Below, piece after piece: positions 9,707 to 19,701 of a stretch of DNA of 57,581 nucleotides. The notes beneath the pieces were generated by a model. The model was not told the origin of the DNA. It did no database searches and worked only from the letters and a program-made list of their open reading frames with translations. How positions within the stretch are numbered: position 1 is the first letter of the stretch; every line of letters begins with the position of its first letter. This stretch comes from a virus (taxonomy: Duplodnaviria; Caudoviricetes), in the IMG/VR virus record IMGVR_UViG_3300013094_000056, positions 1 through 57,581 of that record. One strand, 5' to 3'. The translations under genes were made by a program, and so were the position numbers.

Positions 9707-10122
9707 CAGATTGGCACCGGACTTATGAGAGTAGCGCCGGGATTGGCTGTCGCATTGATGCTGTAGGTCGGATCATAAGACGGCTGTCTTGCGATCAACA
9801 ACTGCAAGAAATACTGCGAGAAGTTCTGCTGAGTTAGTGTGACGTAATAATCAGGGAAAACCTGAGTCACTGCACTCTGCTGAGCAGGTATTCCATAATT
9901 GCCATAAAAAGGCGATTCATTCAAGCCCAGCTGAAGGACTTGTGCAAGGGTGGTCAGCCAAACCGCATCATTGTAGCCATTGGCATCGGTCGAGACTTCA
10001 ACCCAAGTCGAGCTCTGACTTGTGCCAGTTTCAGTGGATCCTATTCCACTCAAACCGATCTCAAAGAAGCCGATCGCGCCGCTATAGTTGCTGGTTGTTG
10101 TGACACGGCCCCAAGTCCTCAT
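9706..10122 (-). CDS. Baseplate wedge/sheath-initiator-like protein
   Basis: LQLGLNESPFYGNYGIP motif, upstream of baseplate J. Confidence 0.6.
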   Translation of the reverse strand: MRTWGRVTTTSNYSGAIGFFEIGLSGIGSTETGTSQSSTWVEVSTDANGYNDAVWLTTLAQVLQLGLNESPFYGNYGIPAQQSAVTQVFPDYYVTLTQQNFSQYFLQLLIARQPSYDPTYSINATANPGATLISPVPI

Positions 10123-10214
10123 AATGTAGCCCTATAAGAATTGTGACCGGAGGCGCTATTTTCGCCTTTTTCGCCGAAAAAAGAAAGCTGTTTTTTGCGA
10201 AATATAAATCTCTT

Positions 10215-10616
10215 TTATACCACAATCGTGCAGAAAGGTGCGACGCTTGGGATTACGATTGTCGCATTAAGGCGAGATGCAGCCTGCTCAATTGCCTCTG
10301 TCAATGCAACAACTTCTACTGCGATCGCAGCAGCCTGTGTCACAGACTTCAGAGCCGGGGCATACTGCTCTTCAAGGTACGCGATCATCCCGGCAACCCA
10401 CGTTATGAGGGTGGGGAGCGTTGTGGGTGGAATCAAAAGGGCTTCGATGGCGGTCAGAAGCTGCTGCTGACCGGCCAAAGCTGAATTTATAAGCCCGATC
10501 GTTTTGTACGCTTCGTTGGTAAATTTCTGAAGCTCGTCCTCTGTTGAGATGACAAGCGACTGCTTGATGAGTGCTTCAAACCAAGCGAGGTTGATTGGAG
10601 GGTAACAATGGATCAT
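10215..10616 (-). CDS. Hypothetical helical protein in the baseplate module
   Basis: 133 aa, TGATG-coupled to the spike gene. Confidence 0.55.
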   Translation of the reverse strand: MIHCYPPINLAWFEALIKQSLVISTEDELQKFTNEAYKTIGLINSALAGQQQLLTAIEALLIPPTTLPTLITWVAGMIAYLEEQYAPALKSVTQAAAIAVEVVALTEAIEQAASRLNATIVIPSVAPFCTIVV

Positions 10617-11209
10617 CAGTAAATTCCTGTAACGATTCCGTTGCTGACTGTCACTGTTTGGCCAGTTGGAGTTGTGAAGTAGCCAGAAGCGCCGTTGCCA
10701 ACCGTGACGGTTCCAGAGACTTCAAGATTGCCATTCTCGCCTTCAATCAGAACACCAGTGGGCGCAACCTGCAGGTTGCAGTTTCCTGTCGGTTCAAGCA
10801 GTGTCACTGCACTCTGGTTGATGAATTCCTCGCTCGTGCTTCCGAGCCAGAAAAATGTCATCGCAGCAAGATTGCCAACTGTGTCCTGCAGATTGGGTGT
10901 TCCACCACCAAGGCCAGTCAGGCCACCAAGGCGGAGGTCTGCAGAAAGAGCGACACCGATGTCTCCAACCTGAATTGGGTACTGAATGTAAGGCGGTTTG
11001 CCAACAGGCATTGTGATCTGCGGAAGGGGCGCAGGCGTGGAGGCAACTTCAAAATTGACGAGGACGATCCCAGGGCTGATGACTGCTGCAACAGTGCAAG
11101 GGAGACCCTTGCCAAGCGCCTGAATTCCGTCCTGTGTCTTGGCTGAAGCAAGGCGTGTGACCGATTTGGCAATCGGCAGCCTTTGGGAGTTGTCGTCGTA
11201 CATGCTCAT
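10616..11209 (-). CDS. Baseplate central spike (gpV/gp138-like)
   Basis: LPCTVAAV...YPIQVGDIG OB-fold-like start; beta-helix-like C-terminus. Confidence 0.7.
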   Translation of the reverse strand: MSMYDDNSQRLPIAKSVTRLASAKTQDGIQALGKGLPCTVAAVISPGIVLVNFEVASTPAPLPQITMPVGKPPYIQYPIQVGDIGVALSADLRLGGLTGLGGGTPNLQDTVGNLAAMTFFWLGSTSEEFINQSAVTLLEPTGNCNLQVAPTGVLIEGENGNLEVSGTVTVGNGASGYFTTPTGQTVTVSNGIVTGIY

Positions 11210-12273
11210 ACGTCAGAACCTTCTGGCGAATCTGTGACTGCTGCCGTGTTCTGGGTGTATGCCTGAAAGACGCTAACCCAGCTTTGAGCGTCGCCTTGCC
11301 TTGAATTTCCGACATGGCGAATGTCGCTGATGATCCATGTTCCATCAAATGCGTCAGCCGCTCGTGCGTAGCTCTGACTGTTGACGTTCGTTATTGCCTG
11401 AAGGCCTGCGATGGCAGGGAGGGATATTTCAGAGCCAATCGTAAGGTCGGCACGCATGACTGTAGTGAACTGAATGGTGTTTGAATTTTGCCATGTGGGC
11501 GACCCGATCAAGTCCTGCTCAAGGATCTGGATCTCTTCAGTCTGCTGACCATTAATTGATGTCGGAACAGTTCCGTCAAACACATTGATTGTTCCGCCGC
11601 CAATCGATATGCTGACGCCTTGATAGTCTGGGTCGTTGTAGATGTCTTTGCTGACCATCTTCACGTAATTTGACAGCTGAGGAAGCGTGTAATGAACAGT
11701 TGGCTCATCAGCAGGAAGGACCAGCTTAGAGCTGATGCTTATGTTTATTTTTGAATTTGGGTAAGCAATCTGAAGGCAGTTCTGCAAAGCGGAAGCAAGG
11801 GTTTGCCCTTTCTTCCAGAAAAGCAAGAAGTTGCCCGGAGCTGCTTGTGTCGATGACCCATCAGCCTTGATGATAAATTCAAGGGTCTGTGTGAGACCTT
11901 GCCAATTGCCGAAAGCCTGAAACAGAAGTCCAGATATGAGCAGGCCAGACTGATTGTTGTTGAACCCTTCCGTCGCAAGCGGAAGACCCGGCTGCATCCC
12001 TCCGAATATCTGGATGTTTGAGCCGTTATAATTTGATGCCTGAGAGATCTGCTCTTTTGTCGGACCCCAAATGCGGACCCAAGATGCGCCTTTATCGGAT
12101 GGCGAGTCATAGGCTCCGACCTGAAGGTCCATCTCAATCATCTGAGCGCCAGTGTCGCAAGCGTTATTGATACGGTTCGTCCAAACGCCAGAGGTGTTCG
12201 AAGGCGCAGCAACGCCAGCAGCTTGCTGCGCTTCTGTGCTTGGAGCAACGACAATCCGATAGTAACGACTCAC
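11206..12273 (-). CDS. Baseplate hub protein
   Basis: 355 aa; DLIGSPTW, HVGNSR...W motifs; position before the spike. Confidence 0.65.
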   Translation of the reverse strand: MSRYYRIVVAPSTEAQQAAGVAAPSNTSGVWTNRINNACDTGAQMIEMDLQVGAYDSPSDKGASWVRIWGPTKEQISQASNYNGSNIQIFGGMQPGLPLATEGFNNNQSGLLISGLLFQAFGNWQGLTQTLEFIIKADGSSTQAAPGNFLLFWKKGQTLASALQNCLQIAYPNSKINISISSKLVLPADEPTVHYTLPQLSNYVKMVSKDIYNDPDYQGVSISIGGGTINVFDGTVPTSINGQQTEEIQILEQDLIGSPTWQNSNTIQFTTVMRADLTIGSEISLPAIAGLQAITNVNSQSYARAADAFDGTWIISDIRHVGNSRQGDAQSWVSVFQAYTQNTAAVTDSPEGSDV

Positions 12274-12542
12274 GGACTGACCTCAAAATTGTTCGTTGAT
12301 ACTCGGTAAACGAGCGTTGATGTCGTGAAATAGCCTTCAATCAGATTGATGTCGTAATCAAGCGGTGAGCCGGTCAAAGGCTTCTGCATGACAAAAACAT
12401 TCTGAAGGGTGTAAACATTCAGGATCCATCGCGCGCCAAAAAGGTTCCACGTCACAACAACGCTGTAAACCTGACCATCAAGCGTCGGCTGGAATGAGAA
12501 GTTCTGGCTCGTCGTTGGCGTAAACTGTGTCAGGGTCGTCAT
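12270..12542 (-). CDS. Baseplate plug-like small protein
   Basis: FSFQPTLDGQVY...WN...RW motif; synteny. Confidence 0.6.
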   Translation of the reverse strand: MTTLTQFTPTTSQNFSFQPTLDGQVYSVVVTWNLFGARWILNVYTLQNVFVMQKPLTGSPLDYDINLIEGYFTTSTLVYRVSTNNFEVSP

Positions 12543-12555
12543 GGCTTCCCTCGAA

Positions 12556-13284
12556 TCAATTCTGGCTTGCTGGGAGAGGGCTGCTCAACGAAGAAGTTGG
12601 CGGTGCAATGTTGCTCCCAAGCGCGCCAGCATTGCCAGGAACATAGTTCTGGCTGATGTTTGCTGCCGGGTTGGAGGCGAAGGATTTTCCAGGCTGATAC
12701 TGAGGCGGGTCACCCTGCGCAATCAGCTGACGGCTGATGTTTGATGTAGGCGGATTCTGTGATGGCAGCTGCGTCGAAACAGACAGAAGAGGCTGCATGA
12801 AATTCCAGATCCAGCGAACCTGAACCTGTGCACCCTCTTCTTCGTCAGATGCATCAATCAGGCTCTCGAGCAGGCATCCGGTGTAGACGTAGCTGGGAGT
12901 GCAAACATTGTACCAGCCACCTTTTGCGGTGTGAGTGTCAAGAGCCTTTTTGAGAGAAGTGATGATTGACAGCTTGCTGGTAACAGTCACCACATTGTTC
13001 GCTGGTATCAGCATCTCCATTGATATTTTCAGAGGTGCTGTGATGACTGCATTGGCAGCAGTCGTTTGGTTTGCGAACGGATAGGTCGCAATTTCATTGG
13101 ACATAAGGCTGTGACCAGTCACTGGCCTGAAATTCGCCCAATTGGTTTGCTTTGCGCCGATGCCGGTGTTGATGTTCAACTTCGTCAGCAGATCGATGAT
13201 GTTGAGCATGCCTGTTCCAGCATAGCCATTCACCAAAATGATCGGGGTCGCCTGAAAGCTGTATTCATAATCTGTGAAGTTCAT
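12556..13284 (-). CDS. Tail tube initiator/baseplate organiser-like protein
   Basis: After the tape measure; YPFANQTTAANAVI motif. Confidence 0.55.
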   Translation of the reverse strand: MNFTDYEYSFQATPIILVNGYAGTGMLNIIDLLTKLNINTGIGAKQTNWANFRPVTGHSLMSNEIATYPFANQTTAANAVITAPLKISMEMLIPANNVVTVTSKLSIITSLKKALDTHTAKGGWYNVCTPSYVYTGCLLESLIDASDEEEGAQVQVRWIWNFMQPLLSVSTQLPSQNPPTSNISRQLIAQGDPPQYQPGKSFASNPAANISQNYVPGNAGALGSNIAPPTSSLSSPLPASQN

Positions 13285-15143
13285 CAGATTGACGCCGTGT
13301 GAAGGGTTGTTGCGATGGACTGGCCTGTGTGAGATTTCAGGTGAACATCATGCTTGAAGTGGGTCGCAGGCTTTCTCGTTTTCGTGCCTCGCTCAACTTT
13401 GTTCATCTCGATCATCAGCTTTTCAAGAACGCGATCATCGTGAAGGTTCAAGTCCTGGTTTGGCTTGATCCCGAGACCTTTCGAAAGCCTTGCGATATAG
13501 TTCAGAGCACTTTGATGAGTGTTGCCTTTTTGCCACTCATTTGACCATCCATGCTGAGGATCGTTGATTATCTGCTCAATGGTTTTTTGACCGTGAACGT
13601 CATAATCTCGCAAGAGCTGACGCGCCATTGCAGAAGCGCCGCTTTTCAGATCAGGGAAGTGAATTGGTCCTCGTCCAGACATTATGTTGCCGGGATTATT
13701 GTTTCGGTCAGCAACCGAACCATTGCCGAGGGTTCCGCCAAGATCGTTTGCAAAGGCAGCACCAGCCCTGGCAGCCGAAGCCGAGAAGTTGGGAGAAAGG
13801 CTGCCTTTAACTGTCGGTGAATATTTTGTGTAGCTTGCGTTTTCCCTGCCCGGTGCAGTGTTGTTCGAATCAGCACCGCCCATGCGCTCTCTCAGGGCAT
13901 CGACAAGCGGGAAAACCCAGAGACCCGGAAAAGCGCCGCCAAACTTTTGCGCGATTGATGTGTCTGCCTCTTTGTCCTCTTTTGGTGTGTTCTGGAACAA
14001 AAGAGTTTTGAGGGTGGGCAGAAACTTGACAAGGATGTTGGCAGTTTCGCCGATTGCCTGAGCGAAATTCTTAAGTGATTTCTGGAAATCAGGGCTTTTT
14101 ATTTCCTCGGCAAAATCAGAAACAGCCTGCTGGAAGCCTTGATCACTGAAAATGTCTGCAAAAGCGTCAATGCCTGCTTCAGCCAGCTTTTCGAATGAGT
14201 TGATTATTTTGTCGAGCGAGCCATTCTGAACCATGACAGAGATTTTGTCTGTGAAGAATTTCTGAAGCGTCATGCTCGCTTCATTTATCCGCTTGTCAAA
14301 ATCCTGCCAAGTTTTGGCGTCTCGATCGCTGAGCTGGAATTTGCTTTTGAGGCCGCCATACTCTTGCTGAGACCTGCCAAGCTCGCCAGACTTCAATGCA
14401 TCTGCAAGGCGACGCAGATCCTCAGGTGTGAAGATGTTCGTCAAGCCTTGAGCCTGAGCTAGGGCAAGGTTGCCCTTGTCCTTTGTGAACATCTCAGCGG
14501 CACGCCGTGCAACCTCGAGCGAAAGCTCTGCAGGGTCTTTTCCGCGCGGGTTGACACCCATCTGAGAGAATGTCGCCCACTGGCTGGGGTCGGCCTGCAT
14601 GTTGGCAACATTGCCGACGACAGAGTTGACGTCATAGTAACGCTGCATCGTCAGGTTCATCGCCCGACGCTGACCGATGCTGATGCCTGCGCCTTGCGCT
14701 TCCCGCCGCTCGTTGCCGATCTTCCCAGCGACATGCTCAAGGCCGAACGTCATGACGCCGCCAGCAAGGCCAGCGCCTATGGACCATTTTGCAAAATCAG
14801 CGGCAAGCCCGACAAGAGTCTTGTAAGACTTCTTCATCGTCTCGATCGCCTTTTGACGGCGATCCTGCTTGTCCTGCTCAAGCTGCTGCAGGCGTCGCTC
14901 TGCCTTTTCAGCCGCCTCTTGGCGCTTGGCTTCCTCTTCAGCAAGCTGCTGCGTTGCTTCAATCTGATTGTTGATGTCAGTGACGATGGCTGCACCCAGA
15001 GCAGCGAAACTGGCTGCCTCCCGGTTTACGTCCTTCCACATCTCAGGTTGACCCTTAAGGTTTTCCTGATACTTCCCAAAAGCTTCCATGAAACGCTTGA
15101 AAGCGGAATCATCGACAGGGATTTTGAGGATAGGTGCAGTCAT
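13284..15143 (-). CDS. Tape measure protein with C-terminal lysozyme-like (RNNNPGNI) domain
   Basis: Helical, Ala/Lys/Glu-rich; follows the chaperone; RNNNPGNI motif near the C-terminus. Confidence 0.75.
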   Translation of the reverse strand: MTAPILKIPVDDSAFKRFMEAFGKYQENLKGQPEMWKDVNREAASFAALGAAIVTDINNQIEATQQLAEEEAKRQEAAEKAERRLQQLEQDKQDRRQKAIETMKKSYKTLVGLAADFAKWSIGAGLAGGVMTFGLEHVAGKIGNERREAQGAGISIGQRRAMNLTMQRYYDVNSVVGNVANMQADPSQWATFSQMGVNPRGKDPAELSLEVARRAAEMFTKDKGNLALAQAQGLTNIFTPEDLRRLADALKSGELGRSQQEYGGLKSKFQLSDRDAKTWQDFDKRINEASMTLQKFFTDKISVMVQNGSLDKIINSFEKLAEAGIDAFADIFSDQGFQQAVSDFAEEIKSPDFQKSLKNFAQAIGETANILVKFLPTLKTLLFQNTPKEDKEADTSIAQKFGGAFPGLWVFPLVDALRERMGGADSNNTAPGRENASYTKYSPTVKGSLSPNFSASAARAGAAFANDLGGTLGNGSVADRNNNPGNIMSGRGPIHFPDLKSGASAMARQLLRDYDVHGQKTIEQIINDPQHGWSNEWQKGNTHQSALNYIARLSKGLGIKPNQDLNLHDDRVLEKLMIEMNKVERGTKTRKPATHFKHDVHLKSHTGQSIATTLHTASI

Positions 15144-15157
15144 CGATCACTTACCCT

Positions 15158-15490
15158 TTAGTTCGCTCTTGCGAGCATTGCAGCCATGGCGCGAAAACCA
15201 TCCATAGTGTGACGCTGTCTGAACGCCTCTGCAGTGTGATATGTATCCCAAGGGTCGCCTTTGTCTTTGAAGAATTCTTGCCAGCCTTCACCGGCAAGCC
15301 AATTCAAAGCATTGGAAACTATGCTGGGGTGCTCTCGCCAATAGCATCTGCGGGCGTCGACATCTTCAAGGAATTCGCGTATTCCGTAGAGTTGAACAAT
15401 GTGGTCTGCAATTCGTAAATTGACGCCATCCCCTCCACCATCGCTTTTCGATCTGGCCTCGGTGGCATTACCGATGCCACAGTAAAAAAA
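15158..15490 (-). CDS. -1 frameshift extension of the tail chaperone (gpGT-like)
   Basis: T TTT TTT at 15484-15490 (minus strand), 7-bp hairpin GTGGCAT/ATGCCAC at 15462-15480, -1 frame open to TAA at 15158-15160. Confidence 0.7.
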   Translation of the reverse strand, partial: FFYCGIGNATEARSKSDGGGDGVNLRIADHIVQLYGIREFLEDVDARRCYWREHPSIVSNALNWLAGEGWQEFFKDKGDPWDTYHTAEAFRQRHTMDGFRAMAAMLARAN

Positions 15491-15909
15491 GTCAGAAGGT
15501 TCATAACCTCTGCTTTTTCTTCTGCGTCAATCAGATTTTCGGAAAGAGCGATGTAAAGGGGGGTGGGTGACCAGCCACTCTCTTTTGTTGAGTGGATGAC
15601 ATTGCTCAGCCGTGTAATTTCAGCCAGGAGGCCGGATTCACCGCCAACCCCATCTTGACCATCCCACCAGTTGTGACCCAAGCTGCGTGTTGTCGATTTT
15701 GCAGTGTCCTTGAGAATCAAGGCTGCAACACTTGGTGCGCTGCGAGGGTCGAGGCCATTCTGAATAAATCCGCTCCACGTTTTCGCAAGAACCATGTGAT
15801 AGAATTCAAATGTTTCAGGTCGGATCGGTGTTGAGTGGATGTAAACAGTTGTGCCATCTTCACGAGTGATTGGGATGACAAGATTGAGTTGACGGTTGAT
15901 TGCGGCCAT
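15319..15909 (-). CDS. Tail assembly chaperone (gpG-like)
   Basis: Lies between tube and tape measure; contains a T7 slippery run. Confidence 0.7.
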   Translation of the reverse strand: MAAINRQLNLVIPITREDGTTVYIHSTPIRPETFEFYHMVLAKTWSGFIQNGLDPRSAPSVAALILKDTAKSTTRSLGHNWWDGQDGVGGESGLLAEITRLSNVIHSTKESGWSPTPLYIALSENLIDAEEKAEVMNLLTFFTVASVMPPRPDRKAMVEGMASIYELQTTLFNSTEYANSLKMSTPADAIGESTPA

Positions 15910-15930
15910 TGCGAGTGTCCTAGCTGAATT

Positions 15931-16368
15931 TTACAGGAACAGAGAATTGTTGACGTAGTAAATTCCCTTGAGCATGACAGGATAATCGTTGCTTTCACCT
16001 GTCAAATCAAGTTCATTCACATTCTGGAGAATGCAATTCGAGATCCGATACTTGCCGAGAATGGCAGAGTCGGTCACCACAACGACATCACCGATCGCGG
16101 TGTTCGTGTTGCGCTGCTTCTCCCAAAGGGTTGATTGAATCTGGCTTTTGTTCAGGTACATCGCAACCGTAGCGACCTGATAAAGGCGAGGCGAAGGCAC
16201 TGCGCCAGTAAGGGTTGCGATGTAGTCCGAAGCATCACCTTCAAAAGTGATGCGAGCGACTTTTGTGCCGAAAAAGCCAGAAGTTATGTTCAGCGCAGGG
16301 AAGTTGATGACCGATACGCTGGTAAGCGCGCGGTTCAAAGTGCCCTGTGGAGTAAGCGGATTTGCCAT
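15931..16368 (-). CDS. Tail tube protein
   Basis: 145 aa directly after the sheath. Confidence 0.7.
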   Translation of the reverse strand: MANPLTPQGTLNRALTSVSVINFPALNITSGFFGTKVARITFEGDASDYIATLTGAVPSPRLYQVATVAMYLNKSQIQSTLWEKQRNTNTAIGDVVVVTDSAILGKYRISNCILQNVNELDLTGESNDYPVMLKGIYYVNNSLFL

Positions 16369-16390
16369 TGTCTTGACCCCTGTGTTTCCG

Positions 16391-17779
16391 TTAGCCGATC
16401 AGCAACGTTGTTGCTTCAAGGTTGAAGTAGATGTTTAGGAACGGAAGCTGCGGAATCCAAACGCAAGAGATGCCGGAATACTTTCCAACAGCGTAATCAT
16501 TCGGATTTTCTGCAGAATAATCCGCCATTGGCTCTGCGTTCACCACGATCTGGCCTGCGTAAACGCCTGAATTAAGATTCGCACTGAACTGCGCGACAGG
16601 GAGGTTGGTTGCGATAACCTGACCGTTGCCGACGCCTGCACTGACACCATTCTGAGCGACCTGAACAACGCGATTCTGCAGGCGATCGATGCCCTGCTGG
16701 TTGTAATACAGCGGATTGACGCTTGATGCCGACCCGTTGATCACTTCATTGGCAAGAGCGATCTGCATGTTGATCTGGGCCCAGTCAACCGAATACCAGA
16801 AGTTCCAGAAATTCGCGTCCGACATCTTCCCTTGATAGATGATGTTGTTGGAAATTCCGCCCTGCTGGCCTGTGCCAACCCAGCCAACATTCGCAACAGC
16901 CAGTTCCTGAAGAACAGACTGATTGCCAGTCGTTGGGTAAGCGGTCGTGCCAAAGCTGGGCGAGTAGCTGAGAGGAACCAGCTTGCTGGCGCTGCTCGGA
17001 TTCTGAGAAATAGCGTTGCCGAATGCCGAAGCCAGAGAGAATTCCGTGGCGGGAATGTTCGGAGATTCAACTTCAGCATAGACGCACTTCAGCGCTGCAT
17101 AAACTGCGCGGTTTGCGACTGTCGTCGTAACCCAGAAATACAGCTGCGAGTTGGTCGCAGTGTAATTGCTGCAGAGCGCCAAGAATGGAGCAGTGTCGTC
17201 CCAGTTGCGCGGAACCAGATAGCCATAAATCTGACCGCTGGTGCCTGCAACTTTGCCGATGAAAGTTGCAAGATCAGGAACATTTTCTGTCGGTGTGCCT
17301 TCGCCGAGCTCAACCACATAGACGCTAGGCACGCCGTTTCCTGCAAAATACGTTGTGCCCATCTGCGTAAGCTCAGTGACCGCGCCGAGCGTGATTGTGC
17401 CCGGAGTGGTTTCGGAACCGGGGTTCGTCACCAAAGGATAGGTGAGTGTCGTGGTTCCTGTAACGGTGCCCGAGAAGGTGCCGTTGTAGCCGGTCGGAGC
17501 AGCCCCTGCGATCGTCACAGGGATGACGTCACCGATTGTCCAGCCGTGCGGAGCTGTGGTCGTCACAGTGACGACATTGGTTGCCCACGCCAGAGACGAG
17601 ATGGTTTTGCCGGGAGCCAGAAGGGTCTGCAGCTGTGCAAAAGTGCTGACCAGAGTGGCAGTGCCGGGCGTAAGGGTAGTTCCGCCTTGCGAAACAAGAC
17701 CCCCAGTTTGCTGAAGGGTGCTGGGTGCCGGTGCCTGCACCACCGATGCATTGACGGTAACGATATTGAAAGTGGTCAT
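16391..17779 (-). CDS. Tail sheath protein (DUF3383-like)
   Basis: 462 aa; WYSVDW...YYNQQGIDRL and DY..GKYSG C-terminal motifs. Confidence 0.75.
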   Translation of the reverse strand: MTTFNIVTVNASVVQAPAPSTLQQTGGLVSQGGTTLTPGTATLVSTFAQLQTLLAPGKTISSLAWATNVVTVTTTAPHGWTIGDVIPVTIAGAAPTGYNGTFSGTVTGTTTLTYPLVTNPGSETTPGTITLGAVTELTQMGTTYFAGNGVPSVYVVELGEGTPTENVPDLATFIGKVAGTSGQIYGYLVPRNWDDTAPFLALCSNYTATNSQLYFWVTTTVANRAVYAALKCVYAEVESPNIPATEFSLASAFGNAISQNPSSASKLVPLSYSPSFGTTAYPTTGNQSVLQELAVANVGWVGTGQQGGISNNIIYQGKMSDANFWNFWYSVDWAQINMQIALANEVINGSASSVNPLYYNQQGIDRLQNRVVQVAQNGVSAGVGNGQVIATNLPVAQFSANLNSGVYAGQIVVNAEPMADYSAENPNDYAVGKYSGISCVWIPQLPFLNIYFNLEATTLLIG

Positions 17780-17825
17780 TGTTCTGCCCTCTGGTCAGAG
17801 TTGATGGCTTTTGCGGTTTTACCGA

Positions 17826-18230
17826 TTAGGTAAAGTTGCCAACAGCCACAACCGACACGTTCGCGCCTGTGGTCACAAACCAGCCGGGGGTAGCAACGGC
17901 AGTTGCCTTGGCCTGAACCAGAACCTGGAAAGGCTTGAGGTCAGCAACCGAAGTAGCGCCGCCAGCAAACAGGACGATGCCAGTGCTGCCCGAGCCATCA
18001 TACAGTGTGACTGCACCCGGCGAAGTCGTTGCGGGAACGATGGTGATTGCATACAGCGTGTCACCGACCGCGCCGGTCGCACCCAGAACCGACTTGGTCT
18101 GGCTGGCAGCAACCTGAACGTGAGTTTCGTTCTTTTCCGTTACACGGAGGTTGCCCGCGCTGTCGAGGTTCGTGAAGCTAGCGCCGCTCGAAACAGAAAG
18201 AGCGGTCTGTACAGCAAGATTCTGGCCCAT
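17826..18230 (-). CDS. Small virion structural protein
   Basis: 134 aa beta-rich; AGGAG RBS. Confidence 0.55.
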   Translation of the reverse strand: MGQNLAVQTALSVSSGASFTNLDSAGNLRVTEKNETHVQVAASQTKSVLGATGAVGDTLYAITIVPATTSPGAVTLYDGSGSTGIVLFAGGATSVADLKPFQVLVQAKATAVATPGWFVTTGANVSVVAVGNFT

Positions 18231-18265
18231 AAAATTCTCCTATAGTGGGACACAAGCAAAGATAA

Positions 18266-19234
18266 TCAGTACTCTGGGTAGAAACCTTCAATGAAAGCAC
18301 TCTGGATGATTTGGCGGGACAAGCTATTCATCCTATTCTGGTAGTAGTTCACATCAAACGTAATCACCTTTTTCTGAGCGATTGCGCTGATTTCAGTCTG
18401 ACCCCGCTTTGCGTCCCTCGGGATAGGCGAGTTCATTATGCCAAAAATTTCAGGATTGTTCAAGGCGTAACTTTGGACTGAATCGATCCAGTCCATGATT
18501 GTGTTATTCCTGATGCCATAAGTCACGATCCGAACCGTGTCTTTGGCAAGCTGCCAGCGGTTGCCCTGCTTGTCCCAGAAGGGTGCAGACTGAAGCGGCG
18601 ATGTGCTGTCCTCTGAAATGTCAGCCACGGCATAGGGAGGCTCAAGGTTGTCAGGCACCAAAAGGCTTGGGTAGATCGGAAAGAACTGATTCAGCTTTAG
18701 CCAGATCGGGAGAGAGTTTGACACCACCCGCTCTTGACCGAGAAGGCTGGGGTCATTCAGAATCTGCGAAGCAAGCGAAGAATAAACCGCATCACCGCTA
18801 TAGTGATAAAGGCCAGCCTGACGATACCAACCAGAACGTGTAGAAAAAGCATATTGCTCACCATCAGTCGTGGCGAGATACAAATAATTGGGTGCGATAT
18901 TTCCGAGATTGTTGATCGGCTGCAAGCTGGTGAAAACCATCCGGTGGACCGAGAAACTTTCGTCAGGGTCCTGACGGTTGGTCGTCGTGTGGTGAAGCGA
19001 CCCTTGCGCCAGAAAGGTCAGAGAATATGCAGGGTCAACCGAGCCGGCAGCCAGCAGGGATGCCTTTGCCCAGAACACGAACCCATCAACAGGAAGGATC
19101 ACCTGCTTGTAAAGTTCAAATTCAACAGTCTGCTGGAGGTCGAGGGTTTCCACCCCTGCCCGCAGAGTTGATGACATCTGGCCTTGATTGCCAGTCGTCT
19201 CGAAAATTGATCCGCCGCCGCTGGTAGCCATCAT
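18266..19234 (-). CDS. Neck/tail completion protein
   Basis: 322 aa; synteny between the head-tail genes and the sheath. Confidence 0.55.
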   Translation of the reverse strand: MMATSGGGSIFETTGNQGQMSSTLRAGVETLDLQQTVEFELYKQVILPVDGFVFWAKASLLAAGSVDPAYSLTFLAQGSLHHTTTNRQDPDESFSVHRMVFTSLQPINNLGNIAPNYLYLATTDGEQYAFSTRSGWYRQAGLYHYSGDAVYSSLASQILNDPSLLGQERVVSNSLPIWLKLNQFFPIYPSLLVPDNLEPPYAVADISEDSTSPLQSAPFWDKQGNRWQLAKDTVRIVTYGIRNNTIMDWIDSVQSYALNNPEIFGIMNSPIPRDAKRGQTEISAIAQKKVITFDVNYYQNRMNSLSRQIIQSAFIEGFYPEY

Positions 19235-19701
19235 TCAACCCATGAACGCATGGACAGCTCGTAAGTGCCCGTATCGATGAATGACGGTCGCTCGCTAGGG
19301 CCAACTTTGGCTTTGAAGCGGAGCGATCTGCGGCTCTGAGCAGCCTTGGTCGGTACGCCTGGAATGCCCAAGCTCTCGATCTCAGCAGACATCAGGAATG
19401 TGCGGAATTCAGACTGAACAAACTGCCCTGTTTCTGCAAAAGGATCAGTAGGGTGACCGCCTGCGAAAAGGTCTTCTAGTGCACCTTCAGCCGAAGAAAC
19501 AAGCGAAGCAGTTATGTCTTGCTTGCGAGCGTCATAGAATGTCTGCATGACGCTGTATTTTTCTTCAAGGATCGTTGCGACCTCAACCGTTGTTGTGGGA
19601 GCGCCGCGCGAACTTCCTTCACCGCGCTTTGTTTTGCGCTTGGGGGTAATACCTTCATTTTCGTATGGAACGTCAACGACACCCATCACAAGGTATTTCA
19701 T
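19231..19701 (-). CDS. Head-tail connector/morphogenesis protein
   Basis: RPSFIDTG C-terminal motif; likely start MKYLVMG at 19701 (ATGA overlap). Confidence 0.55.
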   Translation of the reverse strand: MKYLVMGVVDVPYENEGITPKRKTKRGEGSSRGAPTTTVEVATILEEKYSVMQTFYDARKQDITASLVSSAEGALEDLFAGGHPTDPFAETGQFVQSEFRTFLMSAEIESLGIPGVPTKAAQSRRSLRFKAKVGPSERPSFIDTGTYELSMRSWVE

